Source of the DNA: an uncultured Alphaproteobacteria bacterium
GTDB lineage: Bacteria; Pseudomonadota; Alphaproteobacteria; M2410
DNA length: 64,000 bases
Reading direction: 5' to 3'
NCBI GenBank assembly: GCA_965603015.1
Contig: CBFDBJ010000002.1
Span: forward strand, 29,802 to 93,801
The translations under genes were made by a program, and so were the position numbers. The notes under the pieces are model-generated. The model was not told where the DNA came from. It saw only the letters and a program-made list of their open reading frames with translations, and did not search any database. Positions 36,923 through 48,124 of this stretch are shown piece by piece (within the stretch, counting starts at the first letter, position 1; each line of letters begins with the position of its first letter).

Positions 36923-37864
36923 ATGACCTCCTTCCCAAAACCGCAAATGATCGAAACCAACGGCGTGACCCTTGAAGTCTTTACATCAGGTGAAAAAGGC
37001 AAGCCCATCGTGCTGTGCCACGGCTGGCCCGAACACGCCTACTCCTGGCGTTACCAGATCCCGGTTCTGGTCGAGGCGGGTTACCACGTCATTGTGCCAA
37101 ACCAGCGCGGCTATGGCGCCTCGTCGCGCCCTGCGGCGGTCGAGGACTATGACATGACGCACATGACCGGTGACCTTGCCGGTCTGCTTGATCATTTCGG
37201 CTATGACGACGCGGTCTTTGTCGGCCATGACTGGGGCGCCATCATCGTGTGGGGGGTCGCCATGATGCATCCAACCCGCATCAGCGGCCTGATCAATATG
37301 AGCGTGCCCTTTATGGAACGCGGCGCAACCGACTGGGTCAGTTTCTGGGAACAGATGCTCGGGCCGGACATGTACATTGTCCATTTCAACCGCCAGCCCG
37401 GCGTCGCCGCAAAAGTCTTTGAAGACAACACCGAGCGCTTCCTCAGCGCCATGTACCGCACCGATCAGTGGCTGGAGACCCCGCGCGCACCCGGCGAGGG
37501 CATGGCAATGATCAACATGGCCGAGGGCCGCATGGAGCCCGCAGGCAAACTCCTCATGAGCGCCGAAGATCTCGGCGTCTTCGTCGATGCGTTCGGACAA
37601 TCCGGCTTTGTTGCGCCGATCAACTGGTACCGCAACTTCACCCGCAACTGGGGCATCCTCGGCGATTACGAGCAGCAGGTCAAAGTGCCCACCCTGATGA
37701 TCTACGGTGATCACGACATGGTTCCAAAATCAGATACCCTGGGCGACCACGTAGCCGATCTCGAAGTCGAAACCCTCGACTGCGGCCACTGGATCCAGCA
37801 GGAGCGCCCCGCCGAGACCAATGCCCTGATGCTGGACTGGCTGCAGCGGCACGACGCCCGATAG
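36923..37864 (+). CDS. Alpha/beta hydrolase, epoxide hydrolase type
   Basis: HGWP, GHDWG, NWYRN and GHWIQQE. Confidence 0.88.
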   Translation: MTSFPKPQMIETNGVTLEVFTSGEKGKPIVLCHGWPEHAYSWRYQIPVLVEAGYHVIVPNQRGYGASSRPAAVEDYDMTHMTGDLAGLLDHFGYDDAVFVGHDWGAIIVWGVAMMHPTRISGLINMSVPFMERGATDWVSFWEQMLGPDMYIVHFNRQPGVAAKVFEDNTERFLSAMYRTDQWLETPRAPGEGMAMINMAEGRMEPAGKLLMSAEDLGVFVDAFGQSGFVAPINWYRNFTRNWGILGDYEQQVKVPTLMIYGDHDMVPKSDTLGDHVADLEVETLDCGHWIQQERPAETNALMLDWLQRHDAR

Positions 37865-37870
37865 AGCCTC

Positions 37871-38626
37871 TTAGCCCTTTGTCAGCGTTCCCTTGATGTC
37901 ATCCAGCGAGAACGGGAAGACGATCGTGTTGGTGCGATCATTGGCAATTTCCTGAAGCGCACTGAGATACCGTAGTTGCATCGCACCGTCTTCGCTGGCG
38001 AGGATCTTCGCCGCTTCCGACAGTTTGGTTGCGGCTTGTTCTTCGCCTTCAGCGGAAATGATTTTCGCCCGCCGCTCGCGCTCGGTCTCGGCCTGTTTGG
38101 CAATGGCGCGGACCATGGTGGGGTCGATATCGACATGCTTGATTTCCACATTGGAGACCTTGATACCCCAGGCATCTGTCTGGGTGTCGAGCGCTTCCTG
38201 GATATCCATGTTGAGCTTTTCACGTTCCGCCAACATTTCATCAAGCTCGTGCTTGCCAAGGACCGACCGCAAAGTGGTCTGGGCAAGCTGGCTTGTGGCG
38301 GCCATGAAGTTTTCGACCTGATTGATCGCCTTGATCGCATCAACGACGCGGTAGTAGATGACCGCGTTGACTTTCACAGAGACATTGTCCCGCGAAATCA
38401 CATCCTGGGACGGCACATCATGGACCAGCGTGCGCATGTCAACCCTGACCATCTGCTGGATGACCGGAATGAGAATGATGAGCCCGGGCCCGGCAGCCTT
38501 GCGACCGACCCGGCCAAGCGTAAAGATCACACCGCGTTCATATTCACGCAGAATTTTGATGATCTGTGTCAGGAGTATAACAACAACGACGGCGATAAAA
38601 CTGTAAAATCCGAATTGAACGTCCAT
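37871..38626 (-). CDS. Slipin/SPFH (stomatin-like) protein
   Basis: [31 protein letters not shown] and QLRYL. Confidence 0.92.
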   Translation of the reverse strand: MDVQFGFYSFIAVVVVILLTQIIKILREYERGVIFTLGRVGRKAAGPGLIILIPVIQQMVRVDMRTLVHDVPSQDVISRDNVSVKVNAVIYYRVVDAIKAINQVENFMAATSQLAQTTLRSVLGKHELDEMLAEREKLNMDIQEALDTQTDAWGIKVSNVEIKHVDIDPTMVRAIAKQAETERERRAKIISAEGEEQAATKLSEAAKILASEDGAMQLRYLSALQEIANDRTNTIVFPFSLDDIKGTLTKG

Positions 38627-38676
38627 AACGATCTCCCACCTGTTTTCTTCTATACGATCAATCGTCCGATCTCTGG

Positions 38677-40104
38677 TCAGACGACCAAAACCAGACCTTC
38701 AACATCGATCACTTGAATTGTCTCACCCGCCTCATGCGGGCCATCAGATTTTGCCTTCCAGTTCTCGCCATCAATGACGACCCAGCCTTCGCCGCCATCC
38801 CACTCTGCGACGACGCAGGATCGCCCGCTCATCGCTTCGGTACCCACGAGGGCACCGCGATGGCGCGTCTCGGCAACGGCAAACAAAATGACACCGAGGA
38901 AGAGCGCAATCACGCCGGCCACGGAAAACACCACTGACCGCGACAGCGTGAAGCCGGGCGTGTCCGAGGGGAACATGAGCAAGGACCCGGCAACAAACAG
39001 CACAAGCCCGAACAACCCGAGCAGTCCAAGACTCGGCGTGTAGGCCTCCGCCACAACAAGCACAATACCGATACCGACCAGCGCCGCTCCGGCCCAGTTC
39101 ACCGGCAGAACCTGGAAGGAATAGAGCCCGATGATCAGCGATACGACCCCGAGGGTGCCCGGAAAAATCGCCCCCGGATTCCACATTTCAATGATGATGC
39201 CGGTTGTCCCGATAGACATGAAGATAAAGGCAACATTCGGGTTTGAGATGAAGCTGAGGAACCGTGTCAGCCACCCGGGAACCATCCGCTCCAGAACAAG
39301 GCCTGTAGTCGCGAGCGTGCGCGTCTCACCGGAGGACAGCGTGACCTCGCGCCCGTCAAGCTGCGCGACAAGATCGGATATATCGGTGGCGACAAGGTCA
39401 ACAACGTTCAGTTCAAGCGCTTCCTTCGCGGGAAGGTTTTCGGCATCCCGCACGGCGCGCTCAACCCAGTCCTGATTGCGCCCGCGCATTTCGGCAAGGG
39501 ATTTGATATAGGCTGCAGCATCATTGATGACCTTGGCCCTGAGCGCATCCTGGTTGCCAAGCGCCGGAGTCTTGTCGTCACCTGGCTCGGCAGCTTCATC
39601 GGCAGGGGCTTCTTCTTCCGCGCTGTCTTCGTCGCTCTCATCTTTCGGCTTCGGCAGCGGCGAGGGAGGCCCGCCAAGCTCGATCGGGGTGGCGGAGCCT
39701 GTATTTGTGCCCGGCGCCATAGCCGCCACGTGCGAGGCGACGAGAATATAGAGTCCGGCAGAAGCCGCACGAGACCCGGGGGGACTGACATAGGTCACGA
39801 CCGGCGCGGGAGACGCCAGGATCGCCTGGATGATGTCGCGCATGGAGGTATCCAGACCGCCGGGCGTATCCATCTCGACGATAACGAGAGAGGCGCCTGA
39901 TGCATTGGCCTTGTCCAGTTCTGTAACGAAATAATCCGAGAGTGCAGGCCCGATCGGCCCTTTGACCTCGAGGATCACGCCGCGGTTCTGTGACGTTATT
40001 GCATCCTGCGCCTGGCTTGCAACGAACGACAGACCCCACAGGCCCGCGCCAAAAAGAAACAGGCTCACAAACAGTCTGTGATACTTCGCGGCGCTGCGTT
40101 TCAT
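38677..40104 (-). CDS. nfeD: NfeD-family membrane serine protease (ClpP-like + OB domain)
   Basis: MDTPGG, RAASAG and [10 protein letters not shown]; C-terminal [10 protein letters not shown]; paired with slipin. Confidence 0.88.
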   Translation of the reverse strand: MKRSAAKYHRLFVSLFLFGAGLWGLSFVASQAQDAITSQNRGVILEVKGPIGPALSDYFVTELDKANASGASLVIVEMDTPGGLDTSMRDIIQAILASPAPVVTYVSPPGSRAASAGLYILVASHVAAMAPGTNTGSATPIELGGPPSPLPKPKDESDEDSAEEEAPADEAAEPGDDKTPALGNQDALRAKVINDAAAYIKSLAEMRGRNQDWVERAVRDAENLPAKEALELNVVDLVATDISDLVAQLDGREVTLSSGETRTLATTGLVLERMVPGWLTRFLSFISNPNVAFIFMSIGTTGIIIEMWNPGAIFPGTLGVVSLIIGLYSFQVLPVNWAGAALVGIGIVLVVAEAYTPSLGLLGLFGLVLFVAGSLLMFPSDTPGFTLSRSVVFSVAGVIALFLGVILFAVAETRHRGALVGTEAMSGRSCVVAEWDGGEGWVVIDGENWKAKSDGPHEAGETIQVIDVEGLVLVV

Positions 40105-40308
40105 AGGCAGTCAAGCTTTCGCAAGGAACCCTCCTGCCCCGAACACATGTTCGAAGCAGACAAAACCTTTCCGAGAGAATTGCCGCCCACGGACGGGTTA
40201 CTCTCGCAGGTAAAGCATATCAGCATCACTACCACTTTGGTATGCTTATTTGACATATGTTTACTGGATCGGCTGTTTACAAGCGCTCCTCGGAGCGGTT
40301 CTGCAGGA

Positions 40309-41112
40309 TCAGTCGTGTGGCTCATAAAACATTGACGTCCGGCCGCCATCGACCACCAGGTCATGGGAATTGACAAACCGCCCTGCATCGCTGGCAAGAA
40401 AGAGCGCTGCCTCGGCAATGTCTTCGGGCAGACCTGTTTGCTGCAGCGGCGTCGCCTTCGCCAGATTTGCTTTCAGTTTTTCAAGCTTGCGCGCATTGCT
40501 TTCAGCCGTCTTGGTATTGGCAACAGCCGAGCCGCCCCAGAAGATCGGCGTGGCGATGGCGCCTGGCGAAATGCAATTAACCCGAATACCATGTGGCCCG
40601 AGCTCGACACCGGCAAGCTTTGTGTAATGGGTGACCGCAGCCTTGAGCACTGAGTAGAGCAGACTGCCCTGATTGTACCGGATCGCCGCAATCGATGTGT
40701 TGTTGATAATGACACCGCCGCCGCCAGCTTTCATAGGCTCCACTGCATAGCGAATGCCGAGGATCACGCTGGACAACAGCAGGTGAACACCGTGGTCAAT
40801 ATCCTCCGATGAAATATCATCAATGGTTCCGCGCGGCGGGCCGCCCGCATTGTTAAACAGGATGTCCAGCTTGCCATGGGTCTCTATCACATGGTCAATC
40901 GTGCCTTTGATGTCTTCCTCGCGGGAAACATCAGCGTTGAAGTAACTCACGCCGTCACCAAGACGTTCTGCAATCGCGGCTCCCTTGTCCGTCGAGCGGC
41001 CCGTGATAATGACCTGCGCCCCTTCGCGTGCAAAGACCTCTGCCGTCGCCTCCCCAATTCCGCTGGTACCGCCAGTAATCAATGCTACCTTGCCGTTCAA
41101 TCTCTCAGTCAT
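40309..41112 (-). CDS. SDR family oxidoreductase
   Basis: TGGTSGIG, NNAG and YSVLK. Confidence 0.92.
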   Translation of the reverse strand: MTERLNGKVALITGGTSGIGEATAEVFAREGAQVIITGRSTDKGAAIAERLGDGVSYFNADVSREEDIKGTIDHVIETHGKLDILFNNAGGPPRGTIDDISSEDIDHGVHLLLSSVILGIRYAVEPMKAGGGGVIINNTSIAAIRYNQGSLLYSVLKAAVTHYTKLAGVELGPHGIRVNCISPGAIATPIFWGGSAVANTKTAESNARKLEKLKANLAKATPLQQTGLPEDIAEAALFLASDAGRFVNSHDLVVDGGRTSMFYEPHD

Positions 41113-41353
41113 TCTGACCTCCCTTTACTTTTATTGTTTCCCCTTTCTAGCCACAGCGCACTGACGTGTCGCGCAAAAAGCGGTACAGAGCCACGAGGTC
41201 TGACGATCTCTCACGAGACGGTGAATTGAAGGCAACGACAAGAGTGTTTTTCCGTAACATGTCCTCGTCGAAATAGTGCTGCTGCTCTTTGCGCTAATTA
41301 AAGAATGTGCAACGATGTCGCCCTATAGTCCCGGCATGACAGAGGATGGAACA

Positions 41354-41701
41354 ATGTATAGAGAAGAGCGCAAGATCTATTTCTCGACCCCGGAGCTGTT
41401 TAAGGCTCTGGCTCTGTTTTGCGAGACAACCAACCTCAGATTCCCTTTCGACGACGATGCAAAACTCGATTTTCGCACCGAATCCGAGCTAATCGCCACG
41501 CTGTCTGATCCGGACCAGAGTGATGTGACCAGGGAGTTTCTCGAATCCGAGGTCATCGTTGCCCTGATCCTTCTTTGCAAAAAGATGGACATACCGGTTG
41601 CCAGGAAAGCCGTAAAAACAATCGAATTGTCGGAAGAGAATATTGTTTTTGCCATGAAGCTTTCCGACGAAAGCGCCACGATCCACGATCTGTCGTCCTG
41701 A
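41354..41701 (+). CDS. Hypothetical protein
   Basis: Open frame with GAGGA upstream of ATG 41354; no recognised motif. Confidence 0.55.
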   Translation: MYREERKIYFSTPELFKALALFCETTNLRFPFDDDAKLDFRTESELIATLSDPDQSDVTREFLESEVIVALILLCKKMDIPVARKAVKTIELSEENIVFAMKLSDESATIHDLSS

Positions 41702-41826
41702 TCCACAAGGTTTTCCGCCCCGTTCACGCTCCTGGTTCACGGATTTGTGATCAAAGATGAACGGACCTGTTTGCTCAATGTGCTAATCAACGGGTCCGGA
41801 TTATCTCACTCACAGGACCCCGCCCC

Positions 41827-42315
41827 ATGCGCCTTACAAAACGACAGTTTCTGCTTTCCTCTCTTGCGGCTGGCGCAACAGGAGTAGTTGGAATGACCCG
41901 AAGTTTCGCTGAAACCATCGAAAAACTTGTTCTGTCAAAAGCTGAGTGGAAAGCGCGCCTGACACCCGGGCAATATGATGTCCTGCGCCGATCCGGAACT
42001 GAGCCAGCCGGAAGCAGTCCTCTCAATGATGAAAAGCGTGACGGGGTCTTTCATTGCGCCGGGTGTGACCTGCCGCTCTTTGACGCTTCCACGAAGTATG
42101 AAAGCGGCACAGGTTGGCCGAGCTTTTATGACTTCATCCCGGACCACCTCGAGACCAAACGGGACTTCAAGCTGGTCATCCCGCGCACGGAGTATCATTG
42201 CGCGCGCTGCGACGGCCATCAGGGGCACCTCTTCAAGGATGGGCCGAAGCCGACCGGCCTGCGTTATTGCAACAATGGTGTTGCGCTCACCTTTGTTCCG
42301 GCTGATGACGCATAA
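41827..42315 (+). CDS. msrB: Peptide-methionine (R)-S-oxide reductase with a Tat-like signal
   Basis: SGTGWPSF, two CxxC, GHLFKDGP and RYCNN; N-terminal TKRQFL. Confidence 0.92.
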   Translation: MRLTKRQFLLSSLAAGATGVVGMTRSFAETIEKLVLSKAEWKARLTPGQYDVLRRSGTEPAGSSPLNDEKRDGVFHCAGCDLPLFDASTKYESGTGWPSFYDFIPDHLETKRDFKLVIPRTEYHCARCDGHQGHLFKDGPKPTGLRYCNNGVALTFVPADDA

Positions 42316-42362
42316 GCGCCGCGTCCACCTCTATCATTTGTCCTTTTGATTCGGAGACTTCC

Positions 42363-43016
42363 ATGCGTTCTGCCTTCTCACGCCTTCGCACACTATGCTT
42401 TGCGCAGCTTGCCACCCTGACCATCCTCGCCCTGCTCGGGGCCGGCAGCGCAAGGGCTGACGCCGACACACAAGGCACACTTGAAATCGCCATTTTCGCC
42501 GGGGGTTGTTTCTGGTGCGTCGAATCCGACTTCGACAAGGTGCCAGGCGTCACAGAAACCGTTTCGGGATACACCGGAGGCCACACTGCAAACCCGACCT
42601 ACAAACAGGTCTCAAAAGGCGGCACCGGCCACATTGAAAGCGTCCGGATCACCTTTGACCCATCCGTCACCTCCTTTGAACGCCTTGTCTTTTTGTTCTG
42701 GCGCAGCGTTGATCCAACCGATGCCGGCGGCCAGTTCTGTGACCGGGGCGAAAGTTATACAACAGCGATCTTCGCCGTGTCGGATGAGCAAAGACAGAGT
42801 GCTGAGGCCTCGAAGGCAGATCTCTCGGCTTCGGGAACGCTTGGGCACCCGGTCGTAACACCGATCCGTATGGCGACAGACTTCTGGCCTGCAGAAACCT
42901 ACCACCAGAATTATCACAACAAAAATCCGCTACGCTACAAATACTACCGAAACAGCTGCGGCCGCGACAAGCGCGTCAAGGCCCTGTGGGGCGACGAAGC
43001 CTGGGCGGCAAAATAG
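42363..43016 (+). CDS. msrA: Peptide-methionine (S)-S-oxide reductase with a signal peptide
   Basis: GGCFWC, GYTGG and AETYHQNY. Confidence 0.92.
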   Translation: MRSAFSRLRTLCFAQLATLTILALLGAGSARADADTQGTLEIAIFAGGCFWCVESDFDKVPGVTETVSGYTGGHTANPTYKQVSKGGTGHIESVRITFDPSVTSFERLVFLFWRSVDPTDAGGQFCDRGESYTTAIFAVSDEQRQSAEASKADLSASGTLGHPVVTPIRMATDFWPAETYHQNYHNKNPLRYKYYRNSCGRDKRVKALWGDEAWAAK

Positions 43017-43051
43017 CCAAAAGCAGCCTTCACCAGGTCACCGCACCTGCA

Positions 43052-44482
43052 TCAATCATCGACGCCGCCGACCAGGCAATATTTGATTTCGACAAAGTCA
43101 TCGATACCATATTTGGACCCTTCCCGGCCCATCCCGCTTTCCTTGATGCCGCCAAAGGGCGCAACTTCCGTCGAGATAATGCCCTCATTGATCCCGATGA
43201 TGCCATACTCAAGCGCCTCGGAAACGCGCCACACACGGCCAAGGTCGCGGGCGTAGAAATAGGCGGCAAGGCCGTAGGGCGTGTCATTGGCATACTGAAT
43301 AACTTCTGCCTCATCCACAAACCGCACAATGGGGGCCACCGGGCCAAAGATCTCGTTGTGGCAGACCGCCATATCAGGCGTCACGCCGGTGAGCACTGTT
43401 GGCTCAAAGAACGTGCCGCCGCGGGCGTGCCGTCCCCCGCCAAGCCTTGCTTCGGCGCCTTTGCCCAGAGCCTCATCCACCAGACCCGAGACCTTCGTCA
43501 CCGCCGCCTCATTGATCAGCGGCCCGACCTGCACATTGTCATCGGCGCCGTTGCCAACGTTGAGCGCCTTTACGGCGTTAGAGAATTTTTCAACGAACAC
43601 TTCATAGACGCCGTCCTGAACATAGAACCGGTTGGCGCAAACGCAGGTCTGCCCCGCATTGCGGTATTTGGCGGCTATGGCGCCTTGAACCGCCGCATCA
43701 ATATCCGCGTCATCAAACACAATGAACGGCGCATTGCCGCCAAGCTCAAGAGAGACCTTCTTGACGGTCCCGGCCGCCTGCGCCATCAAAAGCTTGCCCA
43801 CAGGGGTTGACCCGGTAAACGAGATCTTGCGCACCGAGGGATGCGTGGTCAGCACTTTGCCAATCCCTGCCGGGTCATTGGTCGTGATAACCTTGAAGGC
43901 GGCGGCGGGAATACCGGCCTCCACCGCCAGGGTCTCAAGCGCCAGTGCCGACAAGGGCGTTGCCTCGGCCGGTTTGATCAGCGCCGTGCACCCCGCCGCC
44001 AGCGCCGGAGCCACCTTGCGCGTGATCATGGCGACCGGGAAATTCCACGGCGTGATGGCCGCAACGACACCAATGGGCTGCTTCAGAACCAGAATGCGCT
44101 TGCCCGCCGCGTGGCTCGGAATGACATCGCCGTAGATGCGTTTGGCCTCCTCGCCAAACCATTCCACAAAACTGGCCCCATAGGTCACCTCGCCGCGCGC
44201 CTCGGCGAGCGGCTTGCCGCATTCGGCTGTAATGAGCTGCGCCAGATCCTCGGTATGCGCGGTAATCAGCTCAAACCATTTTCGCAGGATCCCGGCACGC
44301 GCCTTGCCGGTCATCGCCGACCAGGTCCCGAGCGCTTCCTGCGCCGCCACAACAGCCGCCTCGGTCTCTTTGGCGGTGTAATCCCTGACCGTTTCAAGCA
44401 CCCCGCCGGTCGCCGGATTGGTCACGACAAGCCCGGTTGCAACGCTCGTTTTGCCGGCCAGTAAATTATCTGTCAGCGCCAT
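43052..44482 (-). CDS. gabD: NAD(P)-dependent succinate-semialdehyde dehydrogenase
   Basis: ITPWNFP, FTGST, LELGGNAP, AGQTCVC and EIFGP. Confidence 0.9.
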   Translation of the reverse strand: MALTDNLLAGKTSVATGLVVTNPATGGVLETVRDYTAKETEAAVVAAQEALGTWSAMTGKARAGILRKWFELITAHTEDLAQLITAECGKPLAEARGEVTYGASFVEWFGEEAKRIYGDVIPSHAAGKRILVLKQPIGVVAAITPWNFPVAMITRKVAPALAAGCTALIKPAEATPLSALALETLAVEAGIPAAAFKVITTNDPAGIGKVLTTHPSVRKISFTGSTPVGKLLMAQAAGTVKKVSLELGGNAPFIVFDDADIDAAVQGAIAAKYRNAGQTCVCANRFYVQDGVYEVFVEKFSNAVKALNVGNGADDNVQVGPLINEAAVTKVSGLVDEALGKGAEARLGGGRHARGGTFFEPTVLTGVTPDMAVCHNEIFGPVAPIVRFVDEAEVIQYANDTPYGLAAYFYARDLGRVWRVSEALEYGIIGINEGIISTEVAPFGGIKESGMGREGSKYGIDDFVEIKYCLVGGVDD

Positions 44483-44629
44483 GGTTTTTCTCCTGCCAGT
44501 GTGTCTTTGTTGCTGACTTTAAGGCACCTGCCGGGCAGGCTTGTCAAGGGGACGGCCCGCCGCACCGATCCGGTTGCCCCCCTTTGGCAGACTTCCTATA
44601 GTCCCTCCAAACAAGGGAGATCCAAGAGA

Positions 44630-46903
44630 GTGCGCGTTTCCAATCCTGCCATCGCCGGACTGATCGTAACGGCGCTTATGGCAGTCACGATTATCCCTGT
44701 AAAAGCAGCCCCTTCTCCTGTTGCATTCGCCGGGGCTGACGAGACGTCCTGCGTTGAATGCCATGCGGCAGCCGTTAAAGCCTGGCAAGGCTCCCACCAC
44801 GCCCGCGCCATGCAGCATGCCAGTCCCGCCACTGTTCTCGGGAGTTTCAACGGCCAGGTCCTGACCCACGCAGGCGAACGCACACTCATGGCTCGCAGCG
44901 GCGACAGGTTCCTCGCAACAGTCTCCTTCCCGGACAGCAAAGCCGCCGCACAGCAATACGAGGTTCTCTACACTTTCGGCATCGCCCCCTTGCAGCAATA
45001 TCTCGTGCAAACCGAAGCGGGCCGACTGCAAGCCCTGCCCTGGGCCTGGGACACGCGCCCCGAAACGCAGGGCGGCGAGCGCTGGTATCATCTTTATGAC
45101 GGCGACACCGTGCCGCCCGGCGACCGGCTGCACTGGAAAAACCCGTTGCAAAACTGGAATGGTATGTGTGCAGATTGTCATTCGACCGGACTTGCCCGGA
45201 ACTACAATGTCTCCGGCGATCGCTTTGCAACTACCGCCACTTCCGTCAACATCGCCTGCGCCTCATGCCATGGCGATGCCGCAGATCACCTCCTTGCGAT
45301 GCAGCAAGAGATCAGGCCGCCTTCTGGCAGCTTCAGCGATGTCATTGGTTTCTCCGATTCGCCCACCTCGCGATTTGAACGGGTCGCCGGAGAAGCCACC
45401 GCCTCAAACAGGAGCGCGTCTCACCAGGGTCGCGAGATCGAGATCTGCGCCGCATGCCATTCACGCCGCACACCGCTCACCGCCAAAATTGACCCGGCCA
45501 CTGCCTTCCTCGACCAGTTCACCCCTGATCTGCTGGATGAGGGCCTCTATCACCCCGACGGACAAATCCAGGATGAGGTCTATGTCTGGGGCTCTTTCAT
45601 GCAAAGCAAGATGGCGGCAGCGGGCGTTACCTGCAGCCATTGTCACGACGCCCACGCCCTGACCCTGAAGCGCGGCGGCAATGCCCTGTGCAGCTCCTGC
45701 CATGCGCCAGAGGTTTTCGACACATCAGACCACCACCGTCACCTGCCCGCCTCCGCAGGCGCGCAGTGCGTCTCCTGTCACATGCCTCAGACCACCTATA
45801 TGGGGGTCGATGCGCGCCGCGATCACAGTTTCAAGGTGCCGCGACCGGACCTCTCGGAAAGCCTCGGCACGCCCAATGCCTGTACCAGCTGCCACGCCGA
45901 CATGACCAATGAAGTGGCAGCCACGCATATCAACGCCTGGAATGGCCCCCGTGAAGCCACCGATTCGACCGCCCAAACGATTGCCGCCGCGAGGGCTCGC
46001 AATCCGGCGGCCAGAGCACCCCTCCTCACGCTCATAGAGGATGAGACCCGCCCTGCCATCACTCGCGCGACCGCGCTCAGTCTCATTGCCAATGTGCCCG
46101 ACCGCGCCCTCATGACTATCGCACTCTCACACCTTGGCGATACCGATCCCCTCATCCGCATCGGAGCCATTCGTGCCCTGACAATCCTGGCACCACAGGA
46201 ACGAGCCAGCGCGCTCACCCCGCTCCTCGGCGACACCGTCAAATCAGTGCGCATGGAGGCGGCAACGGCGCTACGGGAGGTCCCGGCAGACACGTTCTCA
46301 GGCGAGGATCGAAGGGTTTTCGATGCCGCGCTCACGGAGCTCCTTGCGGCCAATGAGGAGATCGCATGGCGCGGCGAAGGTCGACTTAACCGTGGTCTCA
46401 TTCTCCAGGGCCAGGGCAAACTCGACAAAGCGGCCTGGCAATACCAAAAATCCATCGAAATCGACCCGGGCTTTACGCCGTCCTACATCAATCTCTCTGA
46501 ACTTTTGCGCCCTGGCGGTACAATCGGCGGTGCAGAAGAAGAGACAAGGGCAACGCTCCTGCAGGGTCTTGCAGCCGCGCCCGAGGACGGCCCCCTGGAA
46601 CATGCCCTCGGCCTTGCCCTCATCCGCGCCGGCAAACCGGATGAAGCCATAACCCGCCTTGCAAGAGCGGCCAACCTCGCACCGCAAAACCCGCGCTTTG
46701 CCTACGTCCACGCCGTCGCGCTTCATTCTGTCGGCAAGACCCCCGAAGCCCGCACTCGCCTGCAGGCCGCTCTCGTGCGACATCCATATGACCCGGACCT
46801 GCTCACTTTGGGGTTTTCGCTCGCCGAGGAAGCCGGCGACCGCGCCGCCATGCGCCTTTATGCCGAGCAACTGGCAGAGATTTTCCCCGAAAACCCGAGC
46901 TGA
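44630..46903 (+). CDS. Exported octaheme c-type cytochrome with HEAT and TPR repeats
   Basis: Eight CxxCH motifs (CVECH, CADCH, CASCH, CAACH, CSHCH, CSSCH, CVSCH, CTSCH), then helical repeats. Confidence 0.85.
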   Translation: MRVSNPAIAGLIVTALMAVTIIPVKAAPSPVAFAGADETSCVECHAAAVKAWQGSHHARAMQHASPATVLGSFNGQVLTHAGERTLMARSGDRFLATVSFPDSKAAAQQYEVLYTFGIAPLQQYLVQTEAGRLQALPWAWDTRPETQGGERWYHLYDGDTVPPGDRLHWKNPLQNWNGMCADCHSTGLARNYNVSGDRFATTATSVNIACASCHGDAADHLLAMQQEIRPPSGSFSDVIGFSDSPTSRFERVAGEATASNRSASHQGREIEICAACHSRRTPLTAKIDPATAFLDQFTPDLLDEGLYHPDGQIQDEVYVWGSFMQSKMAAAGVTCSHCHDAHALTLKRGGNALCSSCHAPEVFDTSDHHRHLPASAGAQCVSCHMPQTTYMGVDARRDHSFKVPRPDLSESLGTPNACTSCHADMTNEVAATHINAWNGPREATDSTAQTIAAARARNPAARAPLLTLIEDETRPAITRATALSLIANVPDRALMTIALSHLGDTDPLIRIGAIRALTILAPQERASALTPLLGDTVKSVRMEAATALREVPADTFSGEDRRVFDAALTELLAANEEIAWRGEGRLNRGLILQGQGKLDKAAWQYQKSIEIDPGFTPSYINLSELLRPGGTIGGAEEETRATLLQGLAAAPEDGPLEHALGLALIRAGKPDEAITRLARAANLAPQNPRFAYVHAVALHSVGKTPEARTRLQAALVRHPYDPDLLTLGFSLAEEAGDRAAMRLYAEQLAEIFPENPS

Positions 46904-47098
46904 CCAGGCCGCCGCGACCGCCTCAGGCATCTCCGGAAAAACTGACCCCTGCGCAGGGCTTCAGCCGCTCGCAAAAATGGATTTACCCTTCATCTGACAC
47001 TCGACGGCAGGCTCTCCCGACGCTAGACTATATTGATAACGAGTCGCGATAGTTCTCTTGCATTCATTTCATTTAATCGACATTTGAGGGACCAGAAG

Positions 47099-47953
47099 AT
47101 GATTCAGAATTCACTCGTAAAACTTGCCTGCGGCATTGTTGGAATGGCAGCGGGGCTCGCCGCTTGCTCGCCGGAAGAAGGCGCTCCGGGACGATATCTC
47201 GGTGAAGCGCAGGCGCTTGGCAACGGAACCATCCAGACCTTCGTTAAGACCCGCGCTGACGGAACACCGGCGATCATCGGCATTGAGATGACAGCAGATG
47301 CGCTGGACGGCCTTCCCGAAAAGCGCAACAACTTTTCTCGCTGTTATGATGTGGACGGTGATGGCGCACTTGGCCCGATGGAATGTGAAGGCGACGAGGA
47401 GCGCAAGCTGGAGCTGCCTGCAGAAGCGGCAGACATGGATCTGCCCTTCACCTGGGCCGGCGTCAATTATAACCCCGAGGGACATATGCCGGATAACTGG
47501 GCCGTCCCTCATTTCGATTTTCATTTCTATATGGTCAGTCAGGAAGCCGTGAAGAACATTCGCACTGGATCCTGCGGTATCCTGATGAATTGTGATGATT
47601 TCGCAATAGCCACCAAACCGGTGGAAGCAAGGTTTACGCCGCCCGACTATATCAGTATCGGCGCGGCAGTATCGGAAATGGGTAACCACCTGCTGGATTC
47701 GACCTCGCCGCAAGCCGGCCCGCCCTTCGCAAAGGCCGAGCACATTTTGGTTTTTGGCGCCTATGACGGTCACATCACCTTCATCGAACCGATGATCACC
47801 ATGGAAGTTCTGGTGAGCAATCCGAACGCCTGTTTTGCAGTCAAGCAGCCGGAGGCATACGAGGTCGGGGGGTATTATCCAACTGAATATTGCATCCGGG
47901 CGACCGACGAAGAAAAGATAACGATCTCGCTGGAAGGCCTCACGCACCATTAA
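47099..47953 (+). CDS. Hypothetical lipoprotein with His motifs
   Basis: Lipobox LAAC, NPEGH, PHFDFHFY, MGNH and FIEPMIT. Confidence 0.7.
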   Translation: MIQNSLVKLACGIVGMAAGLAACSPEEGAPGRYLGEAQALGNGTIQTFVKTRADGTPAIIGIEMTADALDGLPEKRNNFSRCYDVDGDGALGPMECEGDEERKLELPAEAADMDLPFTWAGVNYNPEGHMPDNWAVPHFDFHFYMVSQEAVKNIRTGSCGILMNCDDFAIATKPVEARFTPPDYISIGAAVSEMGNHLLDSTSPQAGPPFAKAEHILVFGAYDGHITFIEPMITMEVLVSNPNACFAVKQPEAYEVGGYYPTEYCIRATDEEKITISLEGLTHH

Positions 47954-48023
47954 AGCGGATTGGCTCACCTGCCCCCACACCAGCCCCGACGACCAGCCTG
48001 TCGCCGGGGCTGACGGCTGAATC

Positions 48024-48049
48024 TGGTTGAGCCGAAGGGGATCGAACCC
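48024..48049 (-). repeat. Duplicated 3' end of tRNA-Ala(CGC)
   Basis: TGGTTGAGCCGAAGGGGATCGAACCC matches 48125-48150 at 25 of 26 positions. Confidence 0.85.
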
Positions 48050-48124
48050 GCTTGAAATGCAACGCATTTCGAGCCGCCCGGATGAGACTGGCAGAAAGAA
48101 CGCATTCGCTATGCGAATGCTGAG

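Noticed and set aside
42986-44464. 274-aa and 207-aa + strand ORFs
   Set aside because: Antisense shadows of gabD.
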